Assembly: GCA_023205875.1 (NCBI GenBank)
Contig: CP060758.1
Coordinates: 682,001-746,000, forward strand
Length of the DNA stretch: 64,000 bases
Source of the DNA: Chloropicon primus
Taxonomy: Eukaryota
Direction: 5' to 3'
This document shows positions 10,148 through 20,902 of this stretch, one piece after another. The first letter of the stretch is position 1, and each line of letters begins with the position of its first letter. The notes under the pieces were generated by a model. The model did no database searches. It saw only the letters and a program-made list of their open reading frames with translations, and was not told where the DNA came from. A program made the translations under genes and the position numbers.

Positions 10148-11902
10148 ATGACGGTGACGAGAAGCTGGGCACCAAGGGGTGGGGTGGTGGTGGGCACCCA
10201 GGTGAAGCCGAGGAGGGCGCGAGTGGAGGGGCGGAGGGAGAGGCGGTGGCCGGGAGCGAGGCGCTCCACGGGGGCGGAGGAGGGAGCATCGATTGCCGTG
10301 GACGGGGAGGAGGAGGAGGAGTACGTGCCACCGGAGGTCACGATTGACACGGACGGTGCCGGGAAGTCGTTCATCAGTCCGAGGTGGCTGACGGAGCTCG
10401 GCAGGTTGTGGGGAGGGGCTTCGGACGTTCCGGTGTGTGAAGCGGCCCCGGAAGACGTGCAGGATCTGCTCGGCGGGGCTCTGTTCCAGGCTCTGTACAG
10501 GTGGATGCTTCAGACGGGCTCGATTTACCTCCTCCCGACGGGGCCAATATCGTCTTTCCTGATCGTCTCGGAGCCCGCTGCGGCGAAGCACATCCTGCGC
10601 TCGAGCGACAACACGAAGAGGAACATCTACGGTAAGGGCCTCGTCGCGGAAGTGTCGAAGTTCCTGTTTGGGGACGGGTTCGCTGTGGCGGAGGGTCAGC
10701 TGTGGACCGCCCGAAGGAAAGCCGTGGCGCCCTCGTTTCACAGGGCGTACTTGGAGACCATGGTGAACAAAGTCTTCGTCCCGAGCGCCCAGCTGCTGAA
10801 CGAGAAGCTGAAGAGGGAGAGGGGGAGGCAGGTCGACATCGAGTCGTGCTTCTCGCAGCTCACCCTTGACATCATCGGGAAGGCGGTGTTCAACTACGAC
10901 TTTGACTCGCTGACCACGGAGTCGCCGGTGATCCAGGCCGTGTACACGGCGCTCAAGGAGACGGAGCAGAGGGCCACAGACCTCTTGCCGTACTGGAAGC
11001 TGGGCCCCCTGGTCGCCCTGGTGGACTCGAGGCAGAGGAAGGCCGCGGAAGCCGTGCGGATCATCCGGGAGACCACGGAGGAGCTCATTGACAAGTGCAA
11101 GAAGATTGTCGAGGAGGAGGAGAGGCGGGATGGCCAGAGGCAAGAGGTTGGCGAGGACTACATCGACGAGGCGGACCCCTCCATTCTGAGGTTTCTCATT
11201 GCGGCGAGGGACGAGGTCTCCTCCATGCAGCTCCGGGACGACCTGCTGTCCATGCTTGTCGCGGGGCACGAGACCACCGCCAGTGTGCTCACCTGGACGA
11301 TTTACCTGCTCCTGCAGAACCCAGAGTGCATGAAAAAGGCCGTGGAGGAGGTGGACTGTGTCCTGGAGGGAAGGAAGGTTCCGACCTACGAAGACCTCAA
11401 GGCCTGCCCTTACATCCTGAGGTGCATCAGCGAAAGCATGAGGCTCTACCCCCACCCCCCCGTGCTCCTCAGAAGGGCACTGATGGACGACAAGCTCCCC
11501 GGGGGCCAGTTTGTGCCAAAGGGTCAGGACATCATCGTCTCCGTCTACAACATCCACCACAGCCCGGAAGTTTGGGATGAGCCGGAGGCCTTCAAGCCCG
11601 AGCGATTTGATCTGGAGAAGCCTCCGCCGAACGAGATAAACACCGACTTCAGGTACATTCCCTTCAGCGCTGGCCCCCGCAAGTGCATCGGAGACCAGTT
11701 CGCTTTGCTCGAAGCCCAAGTCGCTCTGGTGGTTCTCTTGAGGGAAATGGAGCTAGACCTCGTGCCGGACCAGAAGATCGAGATGACGACGGGTGCAACG
11801 ATTCACACGAAGGACGGTCTGTTCGTGACGTCCAGGGAGAGGGCGGCTGCTGGGGCAGTCCTGCAAAGGACGGAGAAGGAGGGGACGCAAGTTGTACAGT
11901 GA
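10148..11902 (+). CDS. CYP97C: Cytochrome P450 CYP97C, carotene epsilon-ring hydroxylase (LUT1-like), plastid-targeted
   Basis: [62 protein letters not shown]; Arg-rich transit peptide. Confidence 0.9.
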   Translation: MTVTRSWAPRGGVVVGTQVKPRRARVEGRRERRWPGARRSTGAEEGASIAVDGEEEEEYVPPEVTIDTDGAGKSFISPRWLTELGRLWGGASDVPVCEAAPEDVQDLLGGALFQALYRWMLQTGSIYLLPTGPISSFLIVSEPAAAKHILRSSDNTKRNIYGKGLVAEVSKFLFGDGFAVAEGQLWTARRKAVAPSFHRAYLETMVNKVFVPSAQLLNEKLKRERGRQVDIESCFSQLTLDIIGKAVFNYDFDSLTTESPVIQAVYTALKETEQRATDLLPYWKLGPLVALVDSRQRKAAEAVRIIRETTEELIDKCKKIVEEEERRDGQRQEVGEDYIDEADPSILRFLIAARDEVSSMQLRDDLLSMLVAGHETTASVLTWTIYLLLQNPECMKKAVEEVDCVLEGRKVPTYEDLKACPYILRCISESMRLYPHPPVLLRRALMDDKLPGGQFVPKGQDIIVSVYNIHHSPEVWDEPEAFKPERFDLEKPPPNEINTDFRYIPFSAGPRKCIGDQFALLEAQVALVVLLREMELDLVPDQKIEMTTGATIHTKDGLFVTSRERAAAGAVLQRTEKEGTQVVQ

Positions 11903-11980
11903 AAATAAGAAAGAAGACGTGTAACATAAGCTTACTTAGAACTTTCCTCCTCTGTCAACACCGGGGCGCCGCCTCGGGAC

Positions 11981-12569
11981 TTAGGCTTTGAGGATGGGCT
12001 TTCCCTGGGCGTCCAGGGGCCAAGGGTTCCCGTCCACGTCCACCGGCTTGTCCAACTTCACGAGTTGAGGCTTGGACCACGCGTGCTTCTTGACGAAAGC
12101 CCACTCCACGGGCTTCCCGAAATTCTTCTTGAAGTTGTCCGTGAAGATTCTCTGCGCCTCGCGGAACTCCGGGGTCGAGAAGGAAAGGCGAGGGTCCTCG
12201 TGCTTCCTCAGGTCCTCCAGCTGCGCGCACCAGCACGTGCGTGGCGTCCAAAAAAAAAAACGGGAGCTCGTCGTCAGAAGTGCTCGAAAGAGAGAGAGAG
12301 AGAGAGAGACGCGGACGGGCACGGGGTGGGCACCGGAAAGGCGGACGTACCTTCTTCACGTGGCGGCGCATCTCCTCCAGAAGCGACATCTGCTCCTTGT
12401 CGTTCTTGTCCACTTTCTCCTCGAACTCAGCCTAAAAGAAGAGAGAGAAACCTCGGTCAGACAAACGCAACCCTACCCACCAAAAAAAAAAAAAAAGGAA
12501 AGAAAAAAAACATACCAGCTTGTCGACATCATTCTGACCGAAGTTATTTCCAACAAACTTGCCCGCCAT
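11981..12569 (-). CDS. Small protein of unknown function (124 aa); exons 12569-12516, 12431-12351, 12220-11981
   Basis: Two phase-0 GT-AG introns join MAGKFVGNNFGQNDVDKL / AEFEEK...RHVKK / LEDLRKHEDPRLSFSTPEFREAQRIF...; strong codon bias. Confidence 0.8.
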
Positions 12570-12774
12570 GGTCTCTCGTCCTCGCGCAACACAACCTCTC
12601 TCTCTCCCTCTCTCTCTCCGTCGCCGAAGCCCCTTCCGTTTTCTCCTCCTCGACGAAACGGTTTTCGAGCGTTTTGATTTTACACTAACTTGTTTCACCG
12701 AACACAGAGAGAGAGCGCGCGCTTCGCACTGCCAATTGCGGGGGCCGGCGACAGAGGACGGGAGTGGCGTCGCT

Positions 12775-13070
12775 TGTGGAGGACCTTGTTCGAGGACGGT
12801 GGATGTGAAGGGGTGGTGGTGTTGAGAAAACGAAAGGTCATCTCACGTTCTTTCGATTGATACCTCGGCTGAAGGTTTTGGCGAAAGGAGTGGTCCCTTT
12901 GAGAGGAACATATCTCCTGCCTAAAGACAGAGGAAGGTGGAGTGGTGGTGCTGTTTGTCGAGGAACTTGTGCGAGGACGGTGATGGTGGAGTGGTGGAGG
13001 TGTTGAATGAACGAAAGGGCGTCTCACGATCGTTCGATTGATACCTTGGCTGAAGGTTTTGGCGAAAAGG
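12775..13070 (+). repeat. Diverged tandem duplication (181-bp period) in a divergent promoter, with a 32-bp conserved core
   Basis: Cores TTCGATTGATACC(TC/TT)GGCTGAAGGTTTTGGCG at 12852-12883 and 13033-13064; upstream flanks also align. Confidence 0.9.
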
Positions 13071-13159
13071 TGTGACGGGAAAACGTCCTTGCGGACAGAC
13101 GAGGAGAGGAAGCAGGCTCGTCGTCTCGTCGAGCGAGCAAGTTTCAGTTTTCTGTTCAG

Positions 13160-14968
13160 ATGGCGGTTGTGGTAAAGGTGGAACAAGCCGTGTGGGATCA
13201 GATCGATGAGATGGGGAAGGAGTCCGTCGACGGCCGAGGCCAGAGCGAGGCCGGGACGGAAAGGGTGTTTCTCTTGGGTGCGCCACGCTCGGATGACACG
13301 GTCGTCGTCGTCGCAGGAGCCATGAGGGTTGCTGTCGCCGACGACGAGCTGAGCTGGTCAGGCGCGGTGTCTGAGATCGTCACGGTGCTCCCCGTTGGGA
13401 TGGCGTGCGTGGGACTGTGCCACTTGGGCGGCAAGGGGGCGGGATCCAGCGTGTTGGAAACCGTTCGCAAATGCGTTCCGAGCAACACGGGCTGTGGGAA
13501 GTTCTGCGTCCTGTTCGTGAGCGCAAGCGATTCCATCCGCCAAGGCCAGTGCCTTGACGTCGGCTCGAAGGCATTCGACGAGCTTGACGCGGAAGTGCAA
13601 ACCGCTGCCGACCAGGCCAAGACCTCGTGCGGGTACCTGCGTTGCACGCTCGACCTCCCCCTTCAGATGGTCTACAAAAAGGAGGAGGAAAGGGGCAAGG
13701 CAATCGACAGGACGATCGAGGACGTGACCAGAAACATCGAGTCCAACGAATTTGAGTTCTTGTACAAGCTGAAGAAGGGGGGTGAGGAGGAGGAAGGCTA
13801 CCGAACGGGCTTCTTCGCAACTTCCCTCGCTGCTCTTTCTGACGAAAGCGATATGGTGGGGACTCTGGAAGAGCCGCTCGACCTTGAGCTGTACACCTCA
13901 TCGAGCGGGGCCCCGCCCATCGCTCCGGTTGTGCGTTACGAGCCTGCAAGCGACACCGCGTTTGAGTGCGAGACGATTGACCTGCACCTGAACGCGCTCG
14001 TGATGCTGCCAAGGGAAGAGGAGTTCACAAAAGTTCGGGGGAGCGTGATCGAGAAGCTTGTGGCGCAGCTGGAGGCGGCCAAGAAGATGCTGGTGGCGCA
14101 TCCGAACGAGAAGCGATTCAAGTACTGCCACTATTCCCCGGACCTGCTCTCGTATGTGGTGAGCATCCTTTACCCAGACGTTGGATCAGATGAGATGAGG
14201 TTGTTCAAGAGGAGGCAGGCCCTGCACAGGCAGCTTCTCCTGCCACTTGACAGGCCGCTCATACGGCTTTCCAACGCGATGAGCTCAGGGGCGAACAGCT
14301 CCTTTGCAAAGAAGTTGATGGACGTGCACAAGGCCTTGAAATCCTCCGGGGTCAAGGGCGGAAAGCAGTCCTTGGTGAAAGGAACCTACTGTTACTTCCA
14401 TTACATGCAGGACAGGTTTGACGATGCTGGTTGGGGGTGTGCGTACAGGTCGCTGCAAACGATCATATCTTGGTTCGTTCTGAACAACTACACGAACCGA
14501 AAGATTCCTGGACACAGGGAGATCCAGCAGACCCTGGTGAGCATTGGCGACAAACCTGCAACCTTTTTGGGGTCAAAGCAGTGGATAGGGGCGATTGAGA
14601 TTTCTTTCATCCTTGACACCCTGCTCGACATCTCTTCCAAGGTCATAACTTTTAACTCTGGAGCGGAGATACCCACCAAGGCCAGGGAGATCGCACACCA
14701 CTTTGAGACGCAAGGGACCCCCATCATGATCGGTGGGGGTGTTTTGGCCTACACCCTGCTTGGCATAGATTATAACGAGTCAACAGGAGAGTGCGCGTTC
14801 CTGATCCTCGACCCGCATTATACGGAGGGGGAGGACATTGATAAGATCTGCGCGGGCACCTGGGTGGGCTGGAAGCGCCTCGGGGACAACGCTGCAGCAG
14901 GTGGAGACCTCTTCGTTAAGACGGCGTTTTACAACTTCCTCTGCCCGCAGCGCCCCAACACCGTGTGA
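13160..14968 (+). CDS. UFSP2: UFM1-specific protease 2 (peptidase C78)
   Basis: YFHYMQD, DDAGWGCAYRSLQT, GSKQWIGAIE, PIMIGGGVLAYT, ILDPHY; long N-terminal region as in UFSP2. Confidence 0.95.
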   Translation: MAVVVKVEQAVWDQIDEMGKESVDGRGQSEAGTERVFLLGAPRSDDTVVVVAGAMRVAVADDELSWSGAVSEIVTVLPVGMACVGLCHLGGKGAGSSVLETVRKCVPSNTGCGKFCVLFVSASDSIRQGQCLDVGSKAFDELDAEVQTAADQAKTSCGYLRCTLDLPLQMVYKKEEERGKAIDRTIEDVTRNIESNEFEFLYKLKKGGEEEEGYRTGFFATSLAALSDESDMVGTLEEPLDLELYTSSSGAPPIAPVVRYEPASDTAFECETIDLHLNALVMLPREEEFTKVRGSVIEKLVAQLEAAKKMLVAHPNEKRFKYCHYSPDLLSYVVSILYPDVGSDEMRLFKRRQALHRQLLLPLDRPLIRLSNAMSSGANSSFAKKLMDVHKALKSSGVKGGKQSLVKGTYCYFHYMQDRFDDAGWGCAYRSLQTIISWFVLNNYTNRKIPGHREIQQTLVSIGDKPATFLGSKQWIGAIEISFILDTLLDISSKVITFNSGAEIPTKAREIAHHFETQGTPIMIGGGVLAYTLLGIDYNESTGECAFLILDPHYTEGEDIDKICAGTWVGWKRLGDNAAAGGDLFVKTAFYNFLCPQRPNTV

Positions 14969-15085
14969 GGGGGGCGTTCTCGGAAGGCCTATTCTCGCCA
15001 AGTGTAAACAAAACTCGTGTATACATATATATAAATCCATTTGTTACTTGTTGGTTGACAATTTTGATTCTTTCCTCCCCGAGCA

Positions 15086-16285
15086 TCAATACTTGACCGT
15101 CATCGCAACGGGGCAGTGGTCACCAAAGTCGGCGCAAACATCCCCGACAATGTAAGCGTCAGCCAGTTGCACCGGTGAGGCCCCATTCACCATGGATTCA
15201 GACACCAGCGTGTAGTCGAGACGCAGTCCCCTGTTGTGTGGCCTGTTTCTGGCTCTGATGGACCAGAAGGTGTAATTGCCCTTGACCGAGGGGTGAAAGT
15301 GCCTGAAACCGTCCACGAGGCCGCCGTCAAGCATGGCAGAGAACGCATTCCTCTCTCTCGTTGTGGTGCCAGCGTTCTTCTCCAAGTGCTTCGCGTCGGG
15401 GTTCCAAATATCCTCGTCCAAGTGAGCCACATTCATATCCCCGAGGTACGCCACGGGCTTTTCCTCCTCGAGCTTCGCGATGTATGCCCTCATGTCTCTC
15501 TCCCATGTGTCGAGCCTGTAGTCTATCCTCTTGAGCCCGGCACCAGAGTTTGGCACGTACGCCACCACGACGTAGAGATTGGGTTTCTCAAAATTCAGGG
15601 TGATCACCCTTCCCTCTCTGTTATATTCCTCGGCCAGGGGAGGGATGCCCAAGCCCCTGTGGCAGGACTTGATCTCGAACCTGTCCAAGCTCTCTTCCGG
15701 GGTGGACACCTCCACACTCTTGTTTTTCATGGAGCTGGGCCTCATCGCCCCCAAGACCTCCTCTTTCAGCAGGGCCACAACACCGCTGTAGCCTTTCTTC
15801 TCCGCGCAGTTCCAGATCGCCCTGTACCCCGGCAAGAGCTTGAACAAATCCTTTTCAGCTGTCTGGAGGGCATCGCCTGGCTGGAGCTTGTGCTCGGCAA
15901 GGAAGATCACCTCGGGCCTGCTGGTCGACTCTACCAGTTTCTCCAGGAGCTCAGATCGCTTGTCCAGCGTTGCACGCAAGCTCCCGACGTTCCAGAAGGC
16001 GACGTTGAAGCCTCTCTCGCCCTCTGGCAGGATCTGCCGCGGCGCGGCATCAGGCTGCACAAACTTGCTCTTCTCGTCCTTGGCGGGGGCCGACGCCTTC
16101 TTCTGCTTCTTCTTCGTGTCGCCCCCCTTCGCCCCCTCCGCCCCCTCGCGCTTCAACGCCATCACGCACACAGAAAAGGAAGGCGCAACCGCCTCTCTCG
16201 TCCCTACCGTCCGTCGACTTGCCTTGATCCACTTGCTGTGAGTCCGACAACTTGTCACGCACCTCGCCAACCTCCTCGCCAGCAT
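15086..16285 (-). CDS. AP endonuclease / exodeoxyribonuclease III family (ARP/APE1-like), probable organellar transit peptide
   Basis: WNVGSLR, KGYSGVV, EGRVIT, YVPNSG, GDMNVAH, GLRLDY, DHCP. Confidence 0.93.
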   Translation of the reverse strand: MLARRLARCVTSCRTHSKWIKASRRTVGTREAVAPSFSVCVMALKREGAEGAKGGDTKKKQKKASAPAKDEKSKFVQPDAAPRQILPEGERGFNVAFWNVGSLRATLDKRSELLEKLVESTSRPEVIFLAEHKLQPGDALQTAEKDLFKLLPGYRAIWNCAEKKGYSGVVALLKEEVLGAMRPSSMKNKSVEVSTPEESLDRFEIKSCHRGLGIPPLAEEYNREGRVITLNFEKPNLYVVVAYVPNSGAGLKRIDYRLDTWERDMRAYIAKLEEEKPVAYLGDMNVAHLDEDIWNPDAKHLEKNAGTTTRERNAFSAMLDGGLVDGFRHFHPSVKGNYTFWSIRARNRPHNRGLRLDYTLVSESMVNGASPVQLADAYIVGDVCADFGDHCPVAMTVKY

Positions 16286-16611
16286 ACAGGCCCTCCCTCG
16301 ACCCACAACCAACAACCAACAACCAACAACCAACAACTCGAAACCGTTATCGTTATGTCTGAACCAAACCAAACCGAAACCAAAACCGACCTTCGTTCAG
16401 CCCTCGACCCACTCCACCGCGGTGATGCAAACACCGCTTCGTGCCCGCCACCTCCAGCGAAAGAGAGAGAGAGAGAGAGTTGTGCGCTGGTGCGAGTGGA
16501 TGGATGGATTGGAGTTCGGGGGTGCTTGCTTGATTCTCTCGGGACACAGAGATACTCAGTGAAGTGTGTGCGTTTGTGCGTTGGTTTGGCTGACGGACGG
16601 TGGTGAGAGGA

Positions 16612-17010
16612 ATGATAGAGACGGTTCTGGCGTGCAGGGACAAGGCGTTCGAGGAGCTCGTGGAGGCCAAGCGGAAGGGCCTGGGGAAGGAGGAAGTGGA
16701 AGAACTCGTGAAGAAGTTTCGAGCGTCTTCCGAGAGGCTGGAGGAGCTCCTGGTGAGGCTAGAGACGGGAAGCGAGGGGGTTTCGCTTTCGAAGGAGGAG
16801 CAAGACCTCGCGGACAAGCTCAAGGCCAAGATCGAGGTGATCGACAAGGCCAGGGGGGTTATCGGCAGCTGGGACGACAAGCTGGAGGCTCTGATTGCGG
16901 AAAAGGAGGAAGTGCTGAATAAAGTAAGTATGGCTGTTCAACGGGGTTGGTTTACTCCGAATCCGAATCGAGCATGGCGATCTGACTCTTCCTCTTGTCC
17001 GCAGGTGTAA
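16612..17010 (+). CDS. MED28: Mediator subunit 28-like; exons 16612-16923 and 17005-17010
   Basis: Short coiled-coil ...KFRASSERLEELL...KIEVIDKARGVIGSWDDKL...VLNK/V* resembles plant MED28. Intron GTAAGT..CTGAC..CAG at 16924-17004. Confidence 0.65.
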   Translation: MIETVLACRDKAFEELVEAKRKGLGKEEVEELVKKFRASSERLEELLVRLETGSEGVSLSKEEQDLADKLKAKIEVIDKARGVIGSWDDKLEALIAEKEEVLNKVSMAVQRGWFTPNPNRAWRSDSSSCPQV

Positions 17011-20000
17011 CGTGCTCTTCGAGGGCATCGTCTTCTTCCACGTCGTCGTCTTCGAACATCATGGGAGCTGCAGCAGTGGCTTCGGGCTGGGACAAGTTCT
17101 TCTTCGTGATCCTGTGCTTCTTTGCCAGTCTCTTTGCCGCGGAAGGGGGCGTCTTGTTCTTCCTGGATTTGGTTGGGCTCGCGTCACCGTCGTCGCTCCC
17201 GACAACCCCAGGACTCGCGGGTTCGGCCCTCGGATCAGCCTCTGCTGCTTCGTGCCGTTCCGTGGGTCGCGCCCCTTCCCCCTCCGTGGAAACGCCAGGA
17301 TCCGCCATGGTCTCGTCTTCCGAGGGCTCCAAGGTCTTGCCACCAGCGCTATTCTCGTGTTCTGAGGCCTGTCTTTCCTCGTCGTCAGAAGAAGACTCGT
17401 CCTCGGAAACTCCGCCTTCGGCATCAGAATCGGAATCGCCCAACTCCCAGGGAGACGCCTTTGCCTTTCCACCGTCCTCCTCATCCGAGCTGTCCTCATC
17501 CGAGCTGTCTGCCAGCTTGGTGATCTTTCTCCTCTCCAGTCCATGCTTTTTGAGAAGCCTCTTGATCTGAGCCTTGGTAAGGCTTCCATCCATTTCTGCC
17601 TCGATGTCCTCCATAAAAGTGGCACTGGTCTGATGCTTCTCAAAAGCTGACTTAAGCTTCTCGACCTGCTCCCCAGTGACCTTGGCCCTCTTCGGACCTT
17701 CTTCCTTCTCCATCAAGCCCATCAGCCTCAGCTCACTACCCAACCTACGCGTGGTGTACTTGAAGTCCAGTCCTTCTGCAATCACCTTCATTCGTTTCTT
17801 ATCGCCCTTGTGCTTGTCCCACAACTCCTTGAGCTTCTCCAGCTCCTCCTCTGTCAGTTTGCTCTTCGGTTTCTTGGCTTTGGATTTAACGGCCAAGCCC
17901 AACCTCTTCAACTCCGTCCTCAGCTGGCGAGGTTTGAACCTAAAGTTCATCTCTTCGACGAGGCAATCCACCAAATCCTCGCGGTCCTTGAACTTGTCGT
18001 ACGCCTCCTTGAGCTCCTCCTCGTCCCCTTCTGTGAATGCCTTGGATGCAGAGGGCGCGAGCTTGTCTATGCTCTTCAAGATCCCTGCTCCGCAGGCCTC
18101 GTCCTCATCCGCAAGGGCCTTCCTGATCGCCTCGCGGTGAGCGTACTTGTTGTGCCAGCCATACTCGTCCCTCAGCATCTCCGCGTCCCGCTTGTTCTTC
18201 CAGAAAAGCAAGTCGACAAAGGTGATGCGAGCGAGAGATGTCTTGGCTGTCTTCTGGAAGCTGTCCATATCCTCTGTCAGCTCTGGCAGAAGCCGGTCCA
18301 TCAGCTTCCTAGTGATGTACTTGCAGATTTGGATCAGGGATGAGAAGCTCGCGTTCCCGCTGATCGAAGTGTCCGACAGAATCTTCTCCATCACGAGGAG
18401 GAAGGACAAATGCCAGACGCACGGCAAGAGGTTCAAGCTATCCGGCAGAACTATCCTTTTCAGAATTCCCACGACGCTGCTGTTCAACTGCTTGCTATTG
18501 CTCTTGTAGTTCTCAAGAACAAATGTCAGCGTGTTGATCAGCAAGGGAGCGGTGAGCTCTTGAGAAAGCCTGTGGTTGACATCGAACGTGGATTCCTTCA
18601 ACGCCATTCTCCCATCGCTGTCAGTTTCGCTTTCGTTCTCGAGCAGCTCCAACGGAGCCATGCGTTGGCTCTTGTTCTGTTGCGGCGAGGCATTCCCTTT
18701 CTCCGCCTCCTTGCCCGCAATTGCGTCATCGCCGTCGGGCTTGTCCGCTGCTGCGGTACCCTTGCCACCGTCATTCTCTTCACCTGCCTTGGCTTGTTCC
18801 TCACCCTTTCCGTCATTTGCCGCGACGTCTTCACTAGGATTCTTCTCCTTGGGTTCCCCCGCGCCCAGCTCGTTCGCATCATCCACCTCCTTTGCGTTTT
18901 CGCCCTCCCCTTTCGAGCCAGCATCCGTTTTGCTCTGGACACGCCTTCTCGAAGCGCGCTGCCTCACGATGAATCCACCCCTCTCTGTCTTGTCAAGCCT
19001 CTCGAACGTGTGGATGATGATGTACAGAGCCTCCATCATGTCGCCGGCCTGGCTCTTGGGCTGGTTCTTCATGTTGTAGCTCTTGATCATCCTGCACAGG
19101 AGGGGGAAAAGCCCGGACTGCCTCAAGTCGTCGTGCAAAAGTTTCCTCTGCAACTTGTCCGCAGCTTTTTTGTCCGCCTTTGTTCCGATGCGGTAGGCCA
19201 GGTCTAGCACGTACATCATCTCCTTCAACAGCGCCAGAGACGATGCCTGGAGATCCCAGTCCTTCTCGTCTGACCTGGTAGGGATCTCGATCTGGTGCTG
19301 CCAGACCGTAAGCAGCAAGTGAAACATGTCCCAGCCCATCGTCGAGCTGATCTCGGAGAAGGGCGAGGTCCCCGTGGCCTCGTATTTCTCGTGGAGCTCC
19401 TTTGCGTCGATTTTTTCCATCTTCAATTTCTTGTACGAGGTGCAGAACCAGCTGAGTTTGAAGAACCTGATGTAATCCTCCTTCTCCAGCCTCGAGATGC
19501 CGATGCCGTGCATCAGCTCGGGTCTGATCGAGTCCATCAGTATATCGTAGCCTCCCTGCAGGAAATTGTCCGCGAAGGTGACGAGAAGGTCCCTCAGGTC
19601 GTCGCTCATGGGGTATAGCGCTCTCTCCTGAGCCGCTTTCCCCCTCTTGCCGCTGGGCTTGTAGGTCTGCTCATCTCTCTCCGCGCTTGGCTTGGAGGAC
19701 CTCTGCGTGAAAACCACGTGTTGCGACACGTCCTTGTACTTCTTGACAAACGTGCCGCTGAAGAGCCTGTGCCGCATGGGGAGGTTGCTCCTGCTCGTGA
19801 CCCTTGCCCTCTGCTCTGACAGGAGCGCATTCGCAAGGTCTCCCCTCAGTTTCTCGCTCTTTCTGTCGTGCTGCGCTGCCTTCCTGGTGCCCTTCCTTGC
19901 CCTCTCGGACCCCTTGGCGCCGGCGGCGGGGCTCGACCTCTTCTGGAACAGCTGGAGCGGGCTGAAACCCTCGAAGATTTGGTAGATGATGTGCAAAATA

Positions 20001-20692
20001 AGAGGGGCGTCGTTCTTGAACGCCTTCTCGTTGCAGTGCTGCGCGACCAGCATCACCAGCTCCAGGACGTTGTCCTTGAAGAGCCTCAGGATGAGGTTTC
20101 CCTTCCTCTCGTCCTCGGCCCCGGCCAAGGTCGCGGCCGCGTTGTCGATCCCCAAGTCCCTCGCGGAGCTGTCTATGCAAAGCAGGTTCCTCACGAAGGC
20201 CAGGACGAGCTGCACAACCAGGATGTCTTTCTCCGACAGCCGGGGGTACCTCGACAGGGGCCTCGAGAGCAGGCCGACAATCACGGCGACTGCGTCGTTC
20301 GCCAAGAAGCACTCCTTGATGCGGTTCAAGCTCTGGCACTGCATGTAAAGCGAGTCAGAGGTCGGGTCTATCGGCATGGTGAGAAACGTCAGGATCTTCA
20401 GCGCGTTGTACACTATGTCCTGGTCCTCCTGGTACTGCACGATCAGCGGCACGATGTCCGTGGACACCAGGTCCCACTGCACGAGGCGGTGGAAGACGTC
20501 CCTGCTAAAGGGATCGTCCCTCCTCAAAAACCGCTGCAAGTCCTTGAGACATTCCAGGCAGTCGCTATCCTTCCTGTACACGTTCGCTTCCTCGTCGAAC
20601 CGACCCAAACCCCCCGCCACGGATATCAGCAAATCCTCGTCCTGAAGACGCCGCGCCCTCACCCCGTCCACGTGCCCTTCCACCTTCGCCAT
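16952..20692 (-). CDS. TIMELESS: TIMELESS/Tof1 replication fork protection protein
   Basis: N-terminal YRKDSDCLECLKDLQRFLRRDD, FLTMP, LLFWK; C-terminal Myb-like repeats and acidic tail; ATG at 20692 (ORF open to 20779). Confidence 0.92.
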   Translation of the reverse strand: MAKVEGHVDGVRARRLQDEDLLISVAGGLGRFDEEANVYRKDSDCLECLKDLQRFLRRDDPFSRDVFHRLVQWDLVSTDIVPLIVQYQEDQDIVYNALKILTFLTMPIDPTSDSLYMQCQSLNRIKECFLANDAVAVIVGLLSRPLSRYPRLSEKDILVVQLVLAFVRNLLCIDSSARDLGIDNAAATLAGAEDERKGNLILRLFKDNVLELVMLVAQHCNEKAFKNDAPLILHIIYQIFEGFSPLQLFQKRSSPAAGAKGSERARKGTRKAAQHDRKSEKLRGDLANALLSEQRARVTSRSNLPMRHRLFSGTFVKKYKDVSQHVVFTQRSSKPSAERDEQTYKPSGKRGKAAQERALYPMSDDLRDLLVTFADNFLQGGYDILMDSIRPELMHGIGISRLEKEDYIRFFKLSWFCTSYKKLKMEKIDAKELHEKYEATGTSPFSEISSTMGWDMFHLLLTVWQHQIEIPTRSDEKDWDLQASSLALLKEMMYVLDLAYRIGTKADKKAADKLQRKLLHDDLRQSGLFPLLCRMIKSYNMKNQPKSQAGDMMEALYIIIHTFERLDKTERGGFIVRQRASRRRVQSKTDAGSKGEGENAKEVDDANELGAGEPKEKNPSEDVAANDGKGEEQAKAGEENDGGKGTAAADKPDGDDAIAGKEAEKGNASPQQNKSQRMAPLELLENESETDSDGRMALKESTFDVNHRLSQELTAPLLINTLTFVLENYKSNSKQLNSSVVGILKRIVLPDSLNLLPCVWHLSFLLVMEKILSDTSISGNASFSSLIQICKYITRKLMDRLLPELTEDMDSFQKTAKTSLARITFVDLLFWKNKRDAEMLRDEYGWHNKYAHREAIRKALADEDEACGAGILKSIDKLAPSASKAFTEGDEEELKEAYDKFKDREDLVDCLVEEMNFRFKPRQLRTELKRLGLAVKSKAKKPKSKLTEEELEKLKELWDKHKGDKKRMKVIAEGLDFKYTTRRLGSELRLMGLMEKEEGPKRAKVTGEQVEKLKSAFEKHQTSATFMEDIEAEMDGSLTKAQIKRLLKKHGLERRKITKLADSSDEDSSDEEDGGKAKASPWELGDSDSDAEGGVSEDESSSDDEERQASEHENSAGGKTLEPSEDETMADPGVSTEGEGARPTERHEAAEADPRAEPASPGVVGSDDGDASPTKSRKNKTPPSAAKRLAKKHRITKKNLSQPEATAAAPMMFEDDDVEEDDALEEHVTPADKRKSQIAMLDSDSE

Positions 20693-20870
20693 CGTGTTCC
20701 TCCCCTCTGCTCCGCTCTTCCACGAACGACCAGCAAGGTGCCGATCGAAAGACCTCGAGACCCTAGCCCGACGACCCAAGCCGCACCTCCTCTCCGTGTG
20801 TGCGAACCCGACTAAATGCGATCGATCGGTGCGCTCCCCTCCCTCTGCTCCGTTCTCAGGCGACTCCGCA

Positions 20871-20902
20871 CGCCAAAACCTTCGACCGAGGTATCAATCG
20901 AA
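20871..20902 (-). promoter_or_regulatory. Third copy of the 32-bp conserved upstream element
   Basis: Reverse complement TTCGATTGATACCTCGGTCGAAGGTTTTGGCG, 30/32 identical to 12852-12883; regulatory role is inferred. Confidence 0.6.
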
